The notes: generated by a model not told the origin, from the sequence alone. A DNA stretch of 64,000 nucleotides from Eledone cirrhosa (GCA_964016885.1 OZ024750.1:45446001-45510000); one strand, 5' to 3'; shown: positions 41,278-56,306, counted from the stretch's first letter. Numbers and translations are program-made.

Positions 41278-44250
41278 GTCAGTATCATCATCATCGTTAT
41301 CATCACCGTTATCATCATCATCATAATCATCATCAACATCAAGATAATCATCATCATCGCATCGTTGCCATCATCATCAGTATCATCAACTTCACAACGA
41401 GCATCACCACCTGAACAACAATAACAACTACAACAACAATCACCAACATCCAACACCACCATTACAGCACCAACAACAACACCCAACACCACCACTACAA
41501 CACCAACACCTAAGACCAACACTACAACACCAACAACACGCAACACCACCACTACAACACCAACAACAACACCCAACACCACCACTACAACACCAACACC
41601 TAAGACCACCACTACAACACCAACAACAACAACACCCAACACCACCACTACAAAACCAACAACAACAATCACCAACACCACCACTACAACAACAACAACA
41701 CCCAACACCACCACTAGAACACCAACAAAAACAACACCACCACTATAACACCAACAACAACAATCAACAACACCACCACTACAAAACCAACAACAACAAT
41801 CACCAACTCCACCACTACAACACCAACAACAACAACACCCAACACCACCACTACAACACCAACAACAACATCCTACACCACCACTACAACACCAACAACA
41901 CCACAACAACACCACTACAGCAACTACAACAACAATCACCAACACCACCACTACAGCAACAACAACAACACCCAACACCACCACTGCAACAACAACAATC
42001 ACCAACACCACCACTACAACACCAACAACAACACCCAACACCACCACTACAACACCAACAACAACAATCACCAACACTACCACTACAACACCAACACCAC
42101 CACTACAACACCAACAACAACAATCACCAACACCACCACAACAACACCAACAACAACGATCACCAACACCACCACTACAACACCAAAACCACCACTACAA
42201 CACCAACAACAACAACACCCAACACCACCACTACAACACCAACAACAACAATCACCAACACCACCACTACACCACCAACAACAACACCCAACACCACCAC
42301 TACAACACCAACAACAACAATCACCAACACTACCACTACACCACCAACAACAACACCCAACACCACCACTACAACACCAACAACAACAATCACCAACACC
42401 ACCACTACACCACCAACAACAACACCCAACACCACCACTACAGCACCAACAACAACAATCACCAACACTACCACTACAACACCAACACCACCACTACAAC
42501 ACCAACAACAACAATCACCAACACCACCACTACAACACCAACACCACCATTACAACACCACTACAACACCAACAACAACGATCACCAACACCACCACTAC
42601 AGCACCAACACCACCACTACAACACCTACAACAACAATCACCAACACCACCACTACAACACCAACAACAACAATCACCAACACCACCACTACACCACCAA
42701 CAACAACACCCAACACCACCACTACAACACCAACAACAACAATCACCAACACCACCACTACAACATCACTACAACACCTACAACAACAATCACCAACACT
42801 ACCACTACAACACGAACAACAACAATCACCAACACCACCACTACAACACCAACAACAACAACACCCTACACCACCACTACACCACCAACAACAACAACAC
42901 CCAACACCACCACTACAACATCAACAACAACAACACTGAACACCACCACTACACCACCAACAACAACACTCAACACCACCACTACAACACCAACACCACC
43001 AACAACAACACCCAACACCACCACCAACAACACCAACACCACCACCAACAACACCAACACCAACAACACAACACCACCAACAACAACACCAACAACACCA
43101 ACGCCAACACCAACAACACAACACCACCACCAACACACAACACCACCACCAACAACACCAACACCAACAACACCAACACCAACAACACCAACGCCAACAC
43201 CAACAACACAACACCACCAACAACAACACCCAACACCACCACCAACAACACCCAACACCACCACCAACAACAACACCAACACCAACAACACAACACCACC
43301 AACAACAACACCCAACACCACCACCAACAACATCAACACAAACAACACCAACAACACCAACACCAACAACACAACACCACCAACAACAACACCCAACACC
43401 ACCACCAACAACATCAACACAAACAACACCAACAACACCAACACCAACAACACAACACCACCAACAACAACACCCAACACCACCACCAACAACATCAACA
43501 CAAACAACACCAACAACACCAACACCAACAACACAACACCACCAACAACAACACCCAACACCACCACCAACAACATCAACACAAACAACACCAACAACAC
43601 CAACACCAACAACACAACACCACCAACAACAACACCCAACACCACCACCAACAACATCAACACAAACAACACCAACAACACCAATACCAACAACACAACA
43701 CCACCAACAACAACACCCAACACCACCACCAACAACATCAACACAAACAACACCAACAACACCAACACCAACAACACAACACCAGCAACAACAACACCCA
43801 ACACCAACACCAATAACATCAACACCAACAACACCCAACACCAACAACACAACACCAACAACAACAATCACCAACACCACCACTACAACACCAACAACAA
43901 CAACACTCACCAACGCCACCACTACAACACCACCACCAACACCACCACTACAACAACACCAACACCAACAACACAACACCACCAACAACAACACCCAACA
44001 ACACCAACAACAACACCAACACCAACAACACCAACACCACCACTACAACACCAACAACAACACCAACACCAACACAACACCAACAACAACACCAACCACA
44101 CCAACACCACCACTACAACACCAATAACAACAACACCAACACCACCACAACACCACCAACAACAACACCAACACCACCAACACCACCACTACAACACCTC
44201 CAACAACAACAACAATCACCAACACCACCACTACAACACCAACACCCATA
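41278..44250. repeat. 3 kb (CAA/CCA)n-derived minisatellite, including a near-perfect ~81 bp tandem array at ~43270-43800
   Basis: CATCAACACAAACAACACC recurs at ~43331, 43412, 43493, 43574, 43655 and 43736. Confidence 0.9.
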
Positions 44251-44469
44251 CAACATACAATGCAGGTATACTATTCTCTATACTGATGTTTTTATTATTA
44301 ACCCTTAGCTTTGTTTCATTATCCCCGTGTAACCCTAAGGGCCCAATATCACGCAATACTTCATGTCGAGACAACACTAAGGACATGTTCTCACTCGAGC
44401 CCTAATTAGCTCCCTCATTAACAAACAAATTTCATACAAAATTTATTTTCCTTCTTCTTGAATTATTTT

Positions 44470-44501
<32 letters not shown>

Positions 44502-44587
44502 ATACATAAATAAATAAATAATAAATAAATAACAAATAAACAATCTTTTATAAAAATATATTTTTCTTCGCTTCCTTTTAAAATTTG

Positions 44588-44707
<120 letters not shown>

Positions 44708-44714
44708 ATATGTA

Positions 44715-44763
<49 letters not shown>

Positions 44764-44874
44764 GTATGTATATATATATATATATATATATATACATACA
44801 TATATATATATACATATACATATATATGTATGTATATATATAGATATAGATATATAGATATACATATATATACG

Positions 44875-44921
<47 letters not shown>

Positions 44922-45240
44922 GTATATATATACCTATATATATATATATATATATATGTTTGTATATATATATATATATATGTGTATATATATATATATA
45001 TATGTACATATATATATATATATGTATATATATATACATATATATATATCTATACGTATATATATAATTATAAATATATATATATATGTATATATTATAG
45101 CTATGTCTATATTGGTGTTTGTGTATGTTTACATATCACTCACACAAACACTCATACAAACACTCACACACACACATATATATATATATATACCCTGGCT
45201 ATGCGTTCGTGTATTCGTGTATGTATGAACGTATGTAAGC

Positions 45241-45294
<54 letters not shown>

Positions 45295-45487
45295 GCGTGT
45301 GTGTGTGTGCATGTAAATATATCAATATGTGTGAGTATGATTATGTGTGTGTGTCTGTGTGTGTGTAAACGAATGTCTGTTAGTGTGTGTTTGTCGCTTG
45401 TTTTTTTTCTGACAATCTGCCATTTGTTTTTATATTTTGCATGATAAGTCTTAATTAGTTTTCCCATGGTCGACACATACACGCACG

Positions 45488-45540
<53 letters not shown>

Positions 45541-45636
45541 ATGTGTGTGCGCGCGTGTGTGGGTGTGTGTGTGTGTGTGTATGTGTGTGTGTGTTCGCGC
45601 GTGTGTGTGAGTGTGTGTTTGTGCATGTATATATAT

Positions 45637-45684
<48 letters not shown>

Positions 45685-45697
45685 GTATCTATCTATC

Positions 45698-45737
<40 letters not shown>

Positions 45738-45775
45738 TACGTATATATAAAGGAATACACACGCACACGTTGATA

Positions 45776-45827
<52 letters not shown>

Positions 45828-47665
45828 TATATTTATGCATGTGCGTACATGCGTTTACAAATATATATACATACATATATACGCAGCCACACTATTCATT
45901 TATTTCTTCAACCTTTTATTATTGTTTAATTATTGTTGTCATTGTTTTCTTCTTTTTTTCCCTCTAATTATTATTTTTTGTTAATGAATTCTTTCTAATT
46001 TTATTTTTATTTCTTCTTAGAAAGTTTTACCCAAAGCAGTTGTTTTAAACATCCGATTAATTAATTCATTTGAATATTTTCACATGCAGACAAATCTGAC
46101 TACAGTAAAAATATATAACATCAACAACAACAAGCACAACAAAATAACAACAATAATAATATATATTACAATAAAAATAATAACAACACTAATTTTATTA
46201 ATAATTAGGGAGAATGGATGAAATGCAATCAAAGTTGATGAAAGAAATAAGCAATTATTTCTTTAAATTATTTTGTAGTTTTGTTTCTATATTCTAGTAT
46301 TTATACTTTTATTATTTTTCCTCTACAAATGAAATTTTCTTATTCTCGAGTAAATCTTTTTTTTCTATTCTCTGAAAATTACCTGAATAAATATAAATTT
46401 AAATATATTCATGTTAACCTTTAACACCTTTTGAAAACATATAAACTCACCCTACATTTGATGTAAGAGTTAGTTTCTTGTTTGCTTATTTTTCTTGTTG
46501 GTCGTTGATATTTTTTATTGCGGAGGGTTTTCCTGTATTGTTATTGTAATATTTGTAGGTTTTCTGTCCTAAAAAATATCCTGTTTATAGATCATTACCT
46601 TTTATAACTGATGATAACTCATTTTTTCAGTTTTTTCTTTAAATTCTACCCTCGAGTTATAATCATCAAATATATATTCACTGAGAAATCATCACCTCTT
46701 TAAGATATTGTATGCCATTCTTTTCATTTCTTACAATCTTTTCTTCACATTGTATTAAGGAATTGTTTTACTCTATTCAATCCTTCCTTAACTGAACACA
46801 TTTTAAAATGGGGTTGAACGTGTTAGAAATAACTGTCATATTTCCCTTAAGAAAACAAGAAGGTTGGGTTATCGTGTATGCTCAAATGTTTGTACAGCGT
46901 AAAACCTGGTGGTACCGTAGATGCATTGTATGGATACTCGGTGTTCCTTGTACATTTTAAACCTGGCCTAGCCGGGCCAGTCATCAGGTTTTAAGGCAGC
47001 CGAGGGAAGGCGAGAAAGAAATAGTAAAGAACTCAAACTACACTGGGAATTTTGTTATTGAATGTGAGAGTATGAAAGGCAGAATTAACCCTGGTGGGTT
47101 TTGAACACAGACGGCATAGAAACGGAACGATATCCCAATACGTTCTATCTGACTTTCTAGCAATTCTCCCAATACGCCGCCTACAGTTCTAGATAGACTT
47201 ATCTTTAAACAACTTTCGGGTGTTCTCGGCTAGAATGTCTTTAATAAGTGTAGATCTGAGGTAAAATACCTTTTCCAGTGACTTTCTGAGTGAGTCTAAA
47301 CCGAACAACTTGTTTTAAATGTACCTATAACGAAACATCTGCGTGATTATTAGACATACTAGAAATAACAATTTTTTCATTTAGGCAGAAGTTCAGCAAT
47401 TTTGCTGGAGAGGGGAGGGGGTGCATTAAATTGATCAAGTTCTTTACTGGTTCTATATTTTATCCAGGCCTGAATGACGACAGTCAAAGTTCATCTCAGG
47501 CGGATTTGAAACCAGAACGTAGAGAGCTGTTTACGAAATACTCAAATGCATTTCATATGGTCCCAATACACCACACATGATTTACCAGACATAGCAACCG
47601 TACCTCCATCATATCAGAGTCTGTCGTCCTGAAATGAAAAAACGATCCAACATCTTGTTAAGTTT

Positions 47666-48422
47666 TGTCTTACGCTTAAATAAGCGCAAGACAGAGAGTT
47701 TTTAACCAGTTTTCGATGTAAGATAGGTCTGTTGAATTAAAACAGATTTGAGGGAAGAAGATAACAAAAACTCTCTGTCTTACACTTATTTAAGCGTAAG
47801 ACAGAGAGTTTTTAACCAGTTTTAGATGTAAGATAGGTCTGTTGAAGTAAAACAGATTTGAGGGAAGAAGATAACAAAAACTCTCTGTCTTACACTTATT
47901 TAAGCGTAAGACAGAGTTTTTAACTAGTTTTAGATATAAGATAGGTCTGTTGAATTAAAACAGATTTGAGGGAAGAAGATAACAAAAACTCTCTGTCTTA
48001 CACTTATTTAAGCGTAAGACAGAGTTTTTAACTAGTTTTAGATATAAGATAGGTCTGTTGAATTAAAACAGATTTGAGGGAAGAAGATAACAAAAACTCT
48101 CTGTCTTACACTTATTTAAGCGTAAGACAGAGTTTTTAACCAGTTTTAGATGTAAGATAGGTCTGTTGAAGTAAAACAGATTTGAGGGAAGAAGATAACA
48201 AAAACTCTCTGTCTTACACTTATTTAAGCGTAAGACAGAGAGTTTGTAACCAGTTTTAGATGTAAGATAGATCTGTTGAATTAAAACAGATTTGAGGGAA
48301 GAAGATAACAACAACTCTCTGTCTTACACTTATTTAAGCGTAAGACAGAGAGTTTTTAACTGGTTTTAGATGTAAAATAGGTCTGTTGAATTAAAACAGA
48401 TTTGAGGGAAGAAGATAACAAA
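47666..48422. repeat. Tandem array of about 7 x 108-110 bp units, each with a long palindrome
   Basis: CTCTCTGTCTTAC starts at 47771, 47881, 47989, 48097, 48205 and 48315; AAAACTCTCTGTCTTACACTTA-tt-TAAGCGTAAGACAGAGAGTTTT hairpin. Confidence 0.95.
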
Positions 48423-49810
48423 CACATTACCAACTATTAAATAATGTAGAAATAAATATTGAATTTACTAAATTACGAGAACAAGCTACGTGAGAACATT
48501 GATGACATCGCATGAACTGGTAGAAATATCAGCCAAATATCCTTCATATTATACCTTACTATCTTAAATTTAAAAAGGATAATTTGCATAATGTAGTCCT
48601 CAATACTCCCGAAATACATTCGATTATAGATCTATTTCATCAGAGATGACCTCCGGCTATACAAAAGCTTCATCAACTTTCACCGTATTAGTTTTTCTTT
48701 AAAACTTTTGTTTGTATTCTATTAATTTTACCACAAGATTTCAGATCGATTTTCCCAGAATGATCGTTGTATAAGTTTAATTTTCTGGTTTTAATATCAA
48801 CCTGGTTACTGTGTTTCCTACATGGAAATGCTGCTCCTCACAGAATAATTCACAGATATCTATGTAACTGATATTGTACCGCAGAAGAAACGCATCCAAT
48901 CAACATATATCCCCCATTTGATCGTTCATTTCTATCAAATAGTAACTATTTTGCCTAACAAAGATTGATTTAATGTAGGAGTGTTTACATTTTTCTCATT
49001 AATTATAAACCTCACTATGAAAAGAAATATATAAGGAAATATTTTGTTATTAGTTTCAAGCTTAAATATGACATTAACATCGGTGAAACTTCGAAGTAAG
49101 CAATCTTCTTTAATTACATATATTACATTGCCTCTCTATACTGTATATAAGACGATCATTCGATGTATAAGACGATAAATCGGTGTATAATACGGTGTAT
49201 ATTTTGTGAGTTTATCACCTCTAGCCATAGAATAAGTATTCTTACTCTTGGTACAGGGAGAAATAGCATGATGTTTCTCTTTCCAGAGTGGATAATAAAA
49301 TATTTTCATAACTTGTATTATAATTTACTACATTAAGCAACAACTACATTAAATATATTCCAGATACTTCTATTGAAGTTACCGTAAAAAATATTTTGAA
49401 ATCAATCGTCAAATTCTGCTGTTTTAAGCTTATACTAGCCATACACCTGATAAATCAATTCTTACATTTCTTTGCTTTTCGTTCTCAGACATTTTTATCA
49501 TCAGTTCAGCTGTGTGGCTGTCTTTGAGTCTCGTCAAACCCAACAAATCAAATTCAACATGGGGTTGTTCAAATCATTCGGTATCATTTTACTTAGTGAA
49601 ATAGAATTCCCCGTTACCACGCGTTCCGTCATATTTTGCTTTATTAAATGTTATATAAAGACGTCATTTTTCTCTTCATTTCACGTCCATCTACACCATT
49701 GTTTGCAGCTATATGCTTCTGTAAAAATGTATACACACAAACACACACACATATACATATATATATGTGTATGTATACAAACATATATAAATATATACAT
49801 ACATATATAT

Positions 49811-49886
<76 letters not shown>

Positions 49887-50330
49887 GTGTATATTTGCGT
49901 CTGTGTCCGAGTTAGTATGTGTTCCAAATATGTTATGTAAGCTGCTGTTCTCTTTAATTTACGTTATATTTTATGTTTTATTCCATCTTTGTTTATTATT
50001 TCCAAAATTTATTTTTCATTTCCTTCTATTTTCTCTTATTTTTTTTTGCAATCCTTATATATATTTTTTTATAGATATTTATTTTTTGTGGCCGTCATTT
50101 TCCATTTGTTGTGTTCAACTGTAATTTACATAGGCTGACTGTCAGAGTCAATTAGCAGCACAGCTTGGCCAGTGGATGACATAGAAAACTGCTTATGATC
50201 AATAGTGCAGTGCAAAAACTGAATGACACGTCTGTCTCAGATCAACACCCCACTCTTCCACGGCCATTCTTGTTAAAAATGTTGTTGTTGTTTGAACACG
50301 GTACTTCAATCTCTCGTCTCTCTCTCTCTA

Positions 50331-50369
<39 letters not shown>

Positions 50370-50538
50370 TTCTCTCTTTCTTTCTTTCTTTCTCTCTCTT
50401 TCTCTCTCTCTCTCTCGCTTTTTCGCGCTCTCTCTCTTTCTCTTACTCTATCTATATACCTCTCTCTCTCTCTCTCCCTTTCTCTCTCTTCTCTCTCTTT
50501 CTTTCTTATATATATATATATATATATTTAAATGTGTG

Positions 50539-50569
<31 letters not shown>

Positions 50570-50734
50570 CAAACATAGTAACATAAATACAAACACAGAC
50601 ACTCATAAACATACATGCATGCATATATATATATATGTATATATATATGTGTATATATATGTATATGCATTAGTCTCTTTATATATATGCACACACCTAC
50701 ACCCATATGTATACACATATACATATATAGGAAC

Positions 50735-50824
<90 letters not shown>

Positions 50825-51319
50825 TACATACACATACACACACACACATCTATATATCTTTCTAGCCCTCACTTCGATTTCTTTCAGTGCCCTACCCCTA
50901 TCTTTCTCACTCATTCTCTGACTTAATTCCATATGCAACTGTTAGCACCGTGTCAGAATCATTTAACTTTTTAGCGAGGCCAGGTCGAAACGAAAAGCTT
51001 TACAAATTAAACAGCTAAATTATTAAACCCTTGTTCTACCCTCTAGCTGATACGGACACAAGTGTTAGACAGCAAGTGGGATGATGAAACTGTCAACAAA
51101 TCGAACCTATCCCAATATTAGCAAACAGGCAGTGGATAAAACCATTGAACGAATATATATAAATATATACATGAATAAATAATATCTGCGGGCGAGCCGA
51201 ATTCACAATTTTTATTTCACTGTTGTATTTATTATCACTTACACCGTAGTAATATCTCTTGGGATGTTAAGTAAGCACGAATGTCACAAACCCTTAACTA
51301 AAACAAGGAATATTGTACA

Positions 51320-51660
51320 TGGAAGTAATGGCAGCTAAATCTCCCTCAGATCACACCCTATCGTTTTAGAAACGAAAGGATTGCTAAATGAAAGATCCTC
51401 TACATGGTTGCCCGAGCTGTTAGAATTAGCAACTAAATATAATCTCACATCGCATACTACTGTCTCAAAAGGAAGAACATTGCTATTTTACTTCACTACT
51501 TCACTTTTCGACTTGCTAGAAAGAGCAGCCAAATCGCATACTACCCTCTGAAAAACGAAGACACCAATAAACGAGGTAGTCTGTCTTTACATAGACGTTC
51601 GATCTGCTAGAAATTACAGAGATATTATTTCAATTCATGTCGTATCATTTTGTAAAAGAA
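51320..51660. repeat. Degenerate ~90 bp tandem copies of a dispersed repeat (GCTAGAAAT..CAGCCAAAT...CACACCCTA)
   Basis: About 4 diverged units; related copy at ~48515-48600. Confidence 0.55.
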
Positions 51661-52030
51661 AAGGTTATATTGCATAATTTAAAGAGACTAGTAGGGTTAG
51701 AAAGCCTTTTTAATAAAGTTGTTCTGGGCTTATCAACAACAATCAAAATGGCTTGAACAATCTAGTTTTTCTTAAGTAAAAGATAAAGACTATGAGTGGC
51801 TCTTCAAGGTTTTTGGCATTAAACGAAAACATTCTCCCTTGGACAGGACGCGGATGCGTGTACTCTTTCCTTTTTAATTGAGGAGATTAGCATTGTGAAA
51901 TGAAGTTATTTGCTCAAGAATAATACAATGCGCCATTCTGTACCAGAATCAAACTTAAGACCTTACGAATGTGAGCCCCAAGACCTAGCCTAGGTACATT
52001 TAAAAAGACGGCTGATCGCGCCGGAATGTT

Positions 52031-52276
52031 TATATATATGCAGAGGTTATATTTAAAATATTTTATAACTGATATAAAGCACTCTCCAACCGTTAAGGTT
52101 GCATTTTTACAGGGTTTGGCAATATTTATTTATAAAATTAATCTGTATTATATTTTATCTGATGAAAGCGCACCATAATCTGCCTTGGTGGCCCTTGAAA
52201 TATGTATAATAAAATAAATATGGTTTTATAAATATAGTTTCCATTTGTTAATATATTGTATATATATATATATATA
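52031..52276 (+). mobile_element. Hammerhead-bearing PLE-like element H1 with an inverted tail; hammerhead 52151-52216 intact
   Basis: TATTTTAT-CTGATGA-AAGCGCACCA...TGGTGGCCCTT-GAAA-TATGTA-TA-ATAAAATA; 52031-52084 is the reverse complement of the tail at 18232-18282. Confidence 0.82.
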
Positions 52277-52366
52277 ATGGAAAAATTTGAACAGGGACAA
52301 AACAGAGAGGCAGTACAACGAATGCTTATTAATTTCACGCTCTGGAGAGTGGGGTGTTGGTGGGGG

Positions 52367-52398
52367 ACGACGTTTCGGGCATAAGCCCTTCCTCAGGT
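52367..52398 (-). ncRNA. Minimal PLE-type hammerhead motif
   Basis: Minus strand reads AC-CTGAGGA-AGGGC ttat GCCC-GAAA-CG-TC-GT; stem I only 2 bp; between (TA)n tracts. Confidence 0.65.
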
Positions 52399-52449
52399 GA
52401 GAAGTGTGTGGGAACAGAGTTCAAAGGGTGTGTAGGGGAGTGGTGGAGA

Positions 52450-52481
<32 letters not shown>

Positions 52482-54533
52482 GCGAGAGAGAGAGAGAGAG
52501 AGTGAGGGAAACACCCAGGCTTGATGTGGTACTAAATAACAACAGTGAATATCACTGAAAAACGCATCCAAATAAACACAAACTTGTTCATATTTCTAAT
52601 GACGCGACAGAAATGGCACATATGTTGGAAAAGAAGTGAAAGCAGTGACTTTAATGTTACTGTTGTCCATAAATTGAAACTATAAAAAATATCAGATAAC
52701 GCATGAACGCCACAGTTACTAATGTTCGTTCCATTACAAACTTTGTACCATAGTACTTTATTTGAGATATATTTCTCACATATCAAACCTTTCGTTTGAT
52801 ATTGCGTTGCAATCAGTTATTTCACTGATTGTCCACTTCCCCCTTACACCAGCTGGTTACAGAATGTCCCGTAGTAGCCCGCGTGAGCTGGGCACGGAAA
52901 ATTTGCGGGAATATACAAAGGTAGTTTTTGAGGATTCAAAAAACAAAAATAACTAGAAAAGGACCTTAGCACTCAAATTGTATAGACATTGTAAATCATT
53001 TTGTGCAATGCTCTAATAATTACATCAGATAACAGCCCTGGAGAGATGTTGTATATTCTTGACTCTGAACGTATGAAAGGGCAAGTTGATCTCCGTGGTA
53101 TTTTAAATCAAAATATAGAGTCGTAGTAAATGCCACATGTCATTTTGTCAAACATTTTAACGGTTCTTGTAACTCACTGTCTATTCCGTACAGGTGCAAT
53201 ATCCTTTATTATGCACAAACCTTTCTATTATTTTTATTTATATATAATTATATATTAATTTCTAAAATATGTTAGGGTTCTTAAAATCCCGCGACCATAG
53301 TATCCTAAAGAATGGGGTTGTTAGAAATATACCTATGTTGTTAATCACTTGAATTCCGTAAACTTCAAGCCGACAGTTGTACGTATGCTGAAAGAAAATA
53401 TCTAACCGACCTCATGTGCAATTTTGATTTTTTAAACTTAAAATAAGAAGTTTGGTCTTCATTCAGAAGGGTGACTTTCTTGAGAGATCACTTCTCCTCC
53501 ACTAAAAAGGAAAGGAAACGAGAAGATCGTCAGAATACAACCTTATTTCCACTGGGTTCTCCGTTGAAGATAGTATATGATGTCGCAACTCTTGACAGAA
53601 GCTTCATAGGTTTTCTGGTGTTGTGAGACGAGACCTGAACTCTGAAACCACAGAGCGGCGAAGCATCCTATCCATTTCTTTACTAATTACGCCATTCCAG
53701 CGCCCATGGTCTGGAAATCTATTTATCGAACCCCTAGAGATGAAAGGTAAAGTTGAGCTCAACTGGATTTGAACTCACAGCAGAAAGAGCCAGAACAAAT
53801 AGCCTAGCAATCATCCGATACTCTGACGATTTCGTAAACTTGATGCCATAATTTTGTCTTCGCCGATAAACCCGCATATATCATATTTATATATTTTTCG
53901 TAAAATCTGTTTTCTTCAGATAAGTTCAGTCTGCCACCAAGGGTTAAGTGTTTTTGTCATGGACATTACACTCATACGTTAACAGGATTCAGTCCGTTTT
54001 TCGCTCGACCAGTAGGGTTATACACTAAAGGCACATCCAGTTACAATATTAGAAAATGTGTAGAAGTATCAAATAAAATTTTAATCTAATTGGACAGCTG
54101 CAATTACCTTTCTCAATCAATTTAGCAAAGGTCATATGAAATTGTTCAGCAGATGGAGTGTAATTAAGGCGGATATTCCATCAGTGGTCTTGAGGGGAAA
54201 TATATAGATTTGCTTCCACTTTCATAGAGGGAGAATGAATAGCTTGCAGACTCATTGGAGTGGTTTTCTTAACCGATCTACTTGATTTAGTCATTCTGTT
54301 GTTTCTAGCTGTATTGTGAGACATATTTCTGTGTTGTAATTGTATGCGTCTATATTTGTCTGTTTGTGAGTTTATGTGTTTGTGAGTTTGTATATTAAAG
54401 TTTGGATATATATGTAGAGATAGCAATTAATACTAATGGACGGTATTCATATAATTATATTAAAAAAGACATTAGAGCAATAAATAAGAACAACAACAAC
54501 AATAATAAGAACAACAACAACAACAACAACAAC

Positions 54534-54568
<35 letters not shown>

Positions 54569-54570
<2 letters not shown>

Positions 54571-55913
54571 CTTTCTTTATTAACCACAGGGTTTACACAA
54601 AGCAGACATTAAGGACCGTACAGGACAATACAGGACGGTACAAATGGGCATTTCTGCGTGTAAAAAAACAAAAAAAAACAGAGGATGTAACAAAAAAAGA
54701 ACAATGAAAAATTCCCCAATAGGTGGGAGACTTCCAAGGGCCGTCGTGGAGAAAGCCCATTAAAAAAAGCCATGGTGACCCTGACCATCAGGGCAAGAGC
54801 CCTCTCCCAGTTTTCCACCTTCAATTTACAGGTATATATTTAGAGTAGGTCCATTCACTCGGGCCAGTATTGCCCTCTCACCCATCTTTCAACAAAATAC
54901 TGGGAAGAGAGCTCTTCCCTCTCTACCCTGATTTTCCTTTTCAAATGAAATTTGAAAAAGATAATCAGGGCATCACCGAAGAGGTAAGTGCTCGTCTTCA
55001 GCCCTTTCAAACGTGTCCACCATACTATCTCTTTCGCCATGGCCACCGGACATATAAAAACTGCCTGCCCATCCCGGCTAAAGGAAGAGGGCAGGGCAAT
55101 CCTCACGATGGACTCAGCTGATAGCCGGATCCGTTTTATACGCAATAGCAGTTGTTCGACATATACCCACAAGTCAGCAATGCTCGGACACTGGACGAGT
55201 GCATGCAGGACGGTTTCGTCGCCTTGCGTGCATCTCGAACATGCCCGGCTGACGGGACTTTCGTGCCTGTAGAGTTTATCCCGAACTGGCAAAGCTCCTC
55301 GGTAGCACTGCCAGGCTAGGGATTTCTGGAAATTGTCCATAGGCCCCGGCCCGAAAGTTTTTCCGAAGAGATTGGCTAGTTGATTTTCGTCGACGCCTAG
55401 AGTTTCCCCAAGTAAGTCGTCACTCTTCCCTTCCACTAATCTTCTATAGAACGCCAAGGTGGAGTTTCCACCGATCACCATGCCGGACTGGACGAGTCCG
55501 TGAGCGCCTGAAGACATTCCAGTCTCCAAGCGCTCCCTCTCAGTCTTCGCTTGACCCAGGACTGCGGCTCAGTCAAGGAGACGAGCTGAGGAAAGACGGG
55601 TCGAGCAAACGGCGACCACACCTGATCACCGTTGAGGAAGAGGTGGAGATGTCGTAGCCTGAGCGCGTGTCTGCGCATCATCAGCCACGGCATGCCCAGC
55701 ACTCCACGTAGCGGTTGTTGACAGCAGATGGACCGCCTGACCATCGGAGCGCGTCCCTTCCACAAAAAGCGAAAGAGCAAACGCTCCCGTGCAGTCAGGC
55801 GAGGCTTAGGACAAGGCACGACGGTCAGGTGGTAGTAGATGACGAACGGGATGTACGCATTCGCCACCTCCGCTCGACCTTTCAGGGTTAGCTTCCTCTC
55901 TGCCCATTTCTGG
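54569..55913 (-). mobile_element. 5'-truncated Tx1/L1-clade LINE (ORF2 C-terminus, zf-RVT, 3' UTR)
   Basis: QKWAERKLTLKGRAEVAN...FLWKG...GMP, then LAWQCYRGALPV...CSRC..DETVLHALVQC (CCHC) after a frameshift near 55500; 3' UTR ends AATAAAGAAAGC(ATT)n. Confidence 0.88.
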
Positions 55914-56106
55914 AATAATGGTTTATACTTTTGGCACAAGGCCAACAGTTATCCCAGTGCATTACTTGTACTTTATTTTATCGATCCCGGAATGATGAAA
56001 GGCAAAATTAACCTCGGTGGGATTTGAACTCAGACCGTAAAGGACCGTAACTCTATGCTACAAAGCATGGCGTCAGACCCTCTACCGATTCTGCAAATCC
56101 ACCACC
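55914..56106 (-). mobile_element. SINE S1 copy
   Basis: Reverse complement of S1; its tail abuts the Tx1 truncation point. Confidence 0.9.
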
Positions 56107-56109
56107 ATT

Positions 56110-56306
56110 AATAATAATAATTGTTTCTGCTTTAGGCACAAGGCCAGCAAATTACCCAGTGCATTACTGGTACTTTATTTTATCGACTCCGTAAGTATGA
56201 AAGGCAAAGTCAACCTCAGCGGGATTTCATCTCAGATCGTAAAGGAACGTAACTATGCTGGAAAGCATGGCGTCCGACCCTCTACCGATACTGCCAATCC
56301 ACCGCC
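56110..56306 (-). mobile_element. SINE S1 copy
   Basis: Reverse complement of S1, head-to-tail with the previous copy. Confidence 0.9.

Noticed and set aside
41148-44249. Long Val/Cys/Trp-rich ORFs
   Set aside because: Reverse-strand translations of a (CAA/CCA)n minisatellite
46958-46993. Minus-strand CTGATGA followed by a CTGGCC/GGCCAG stem
   Set aside because: No GAAA or stem III follows; a simple hairpin
47666-48422. CRISPR-like array of palindromic repeats
   Set aside because: Intervening sequences are identical rather than unique spacers; no cas genes; eukaryotic context
55914-56027. N-terminus of ORF 55475..55945 and ORF 55839..56027
   Set aside because: Chance read-through between SINE and Tx1 sequence
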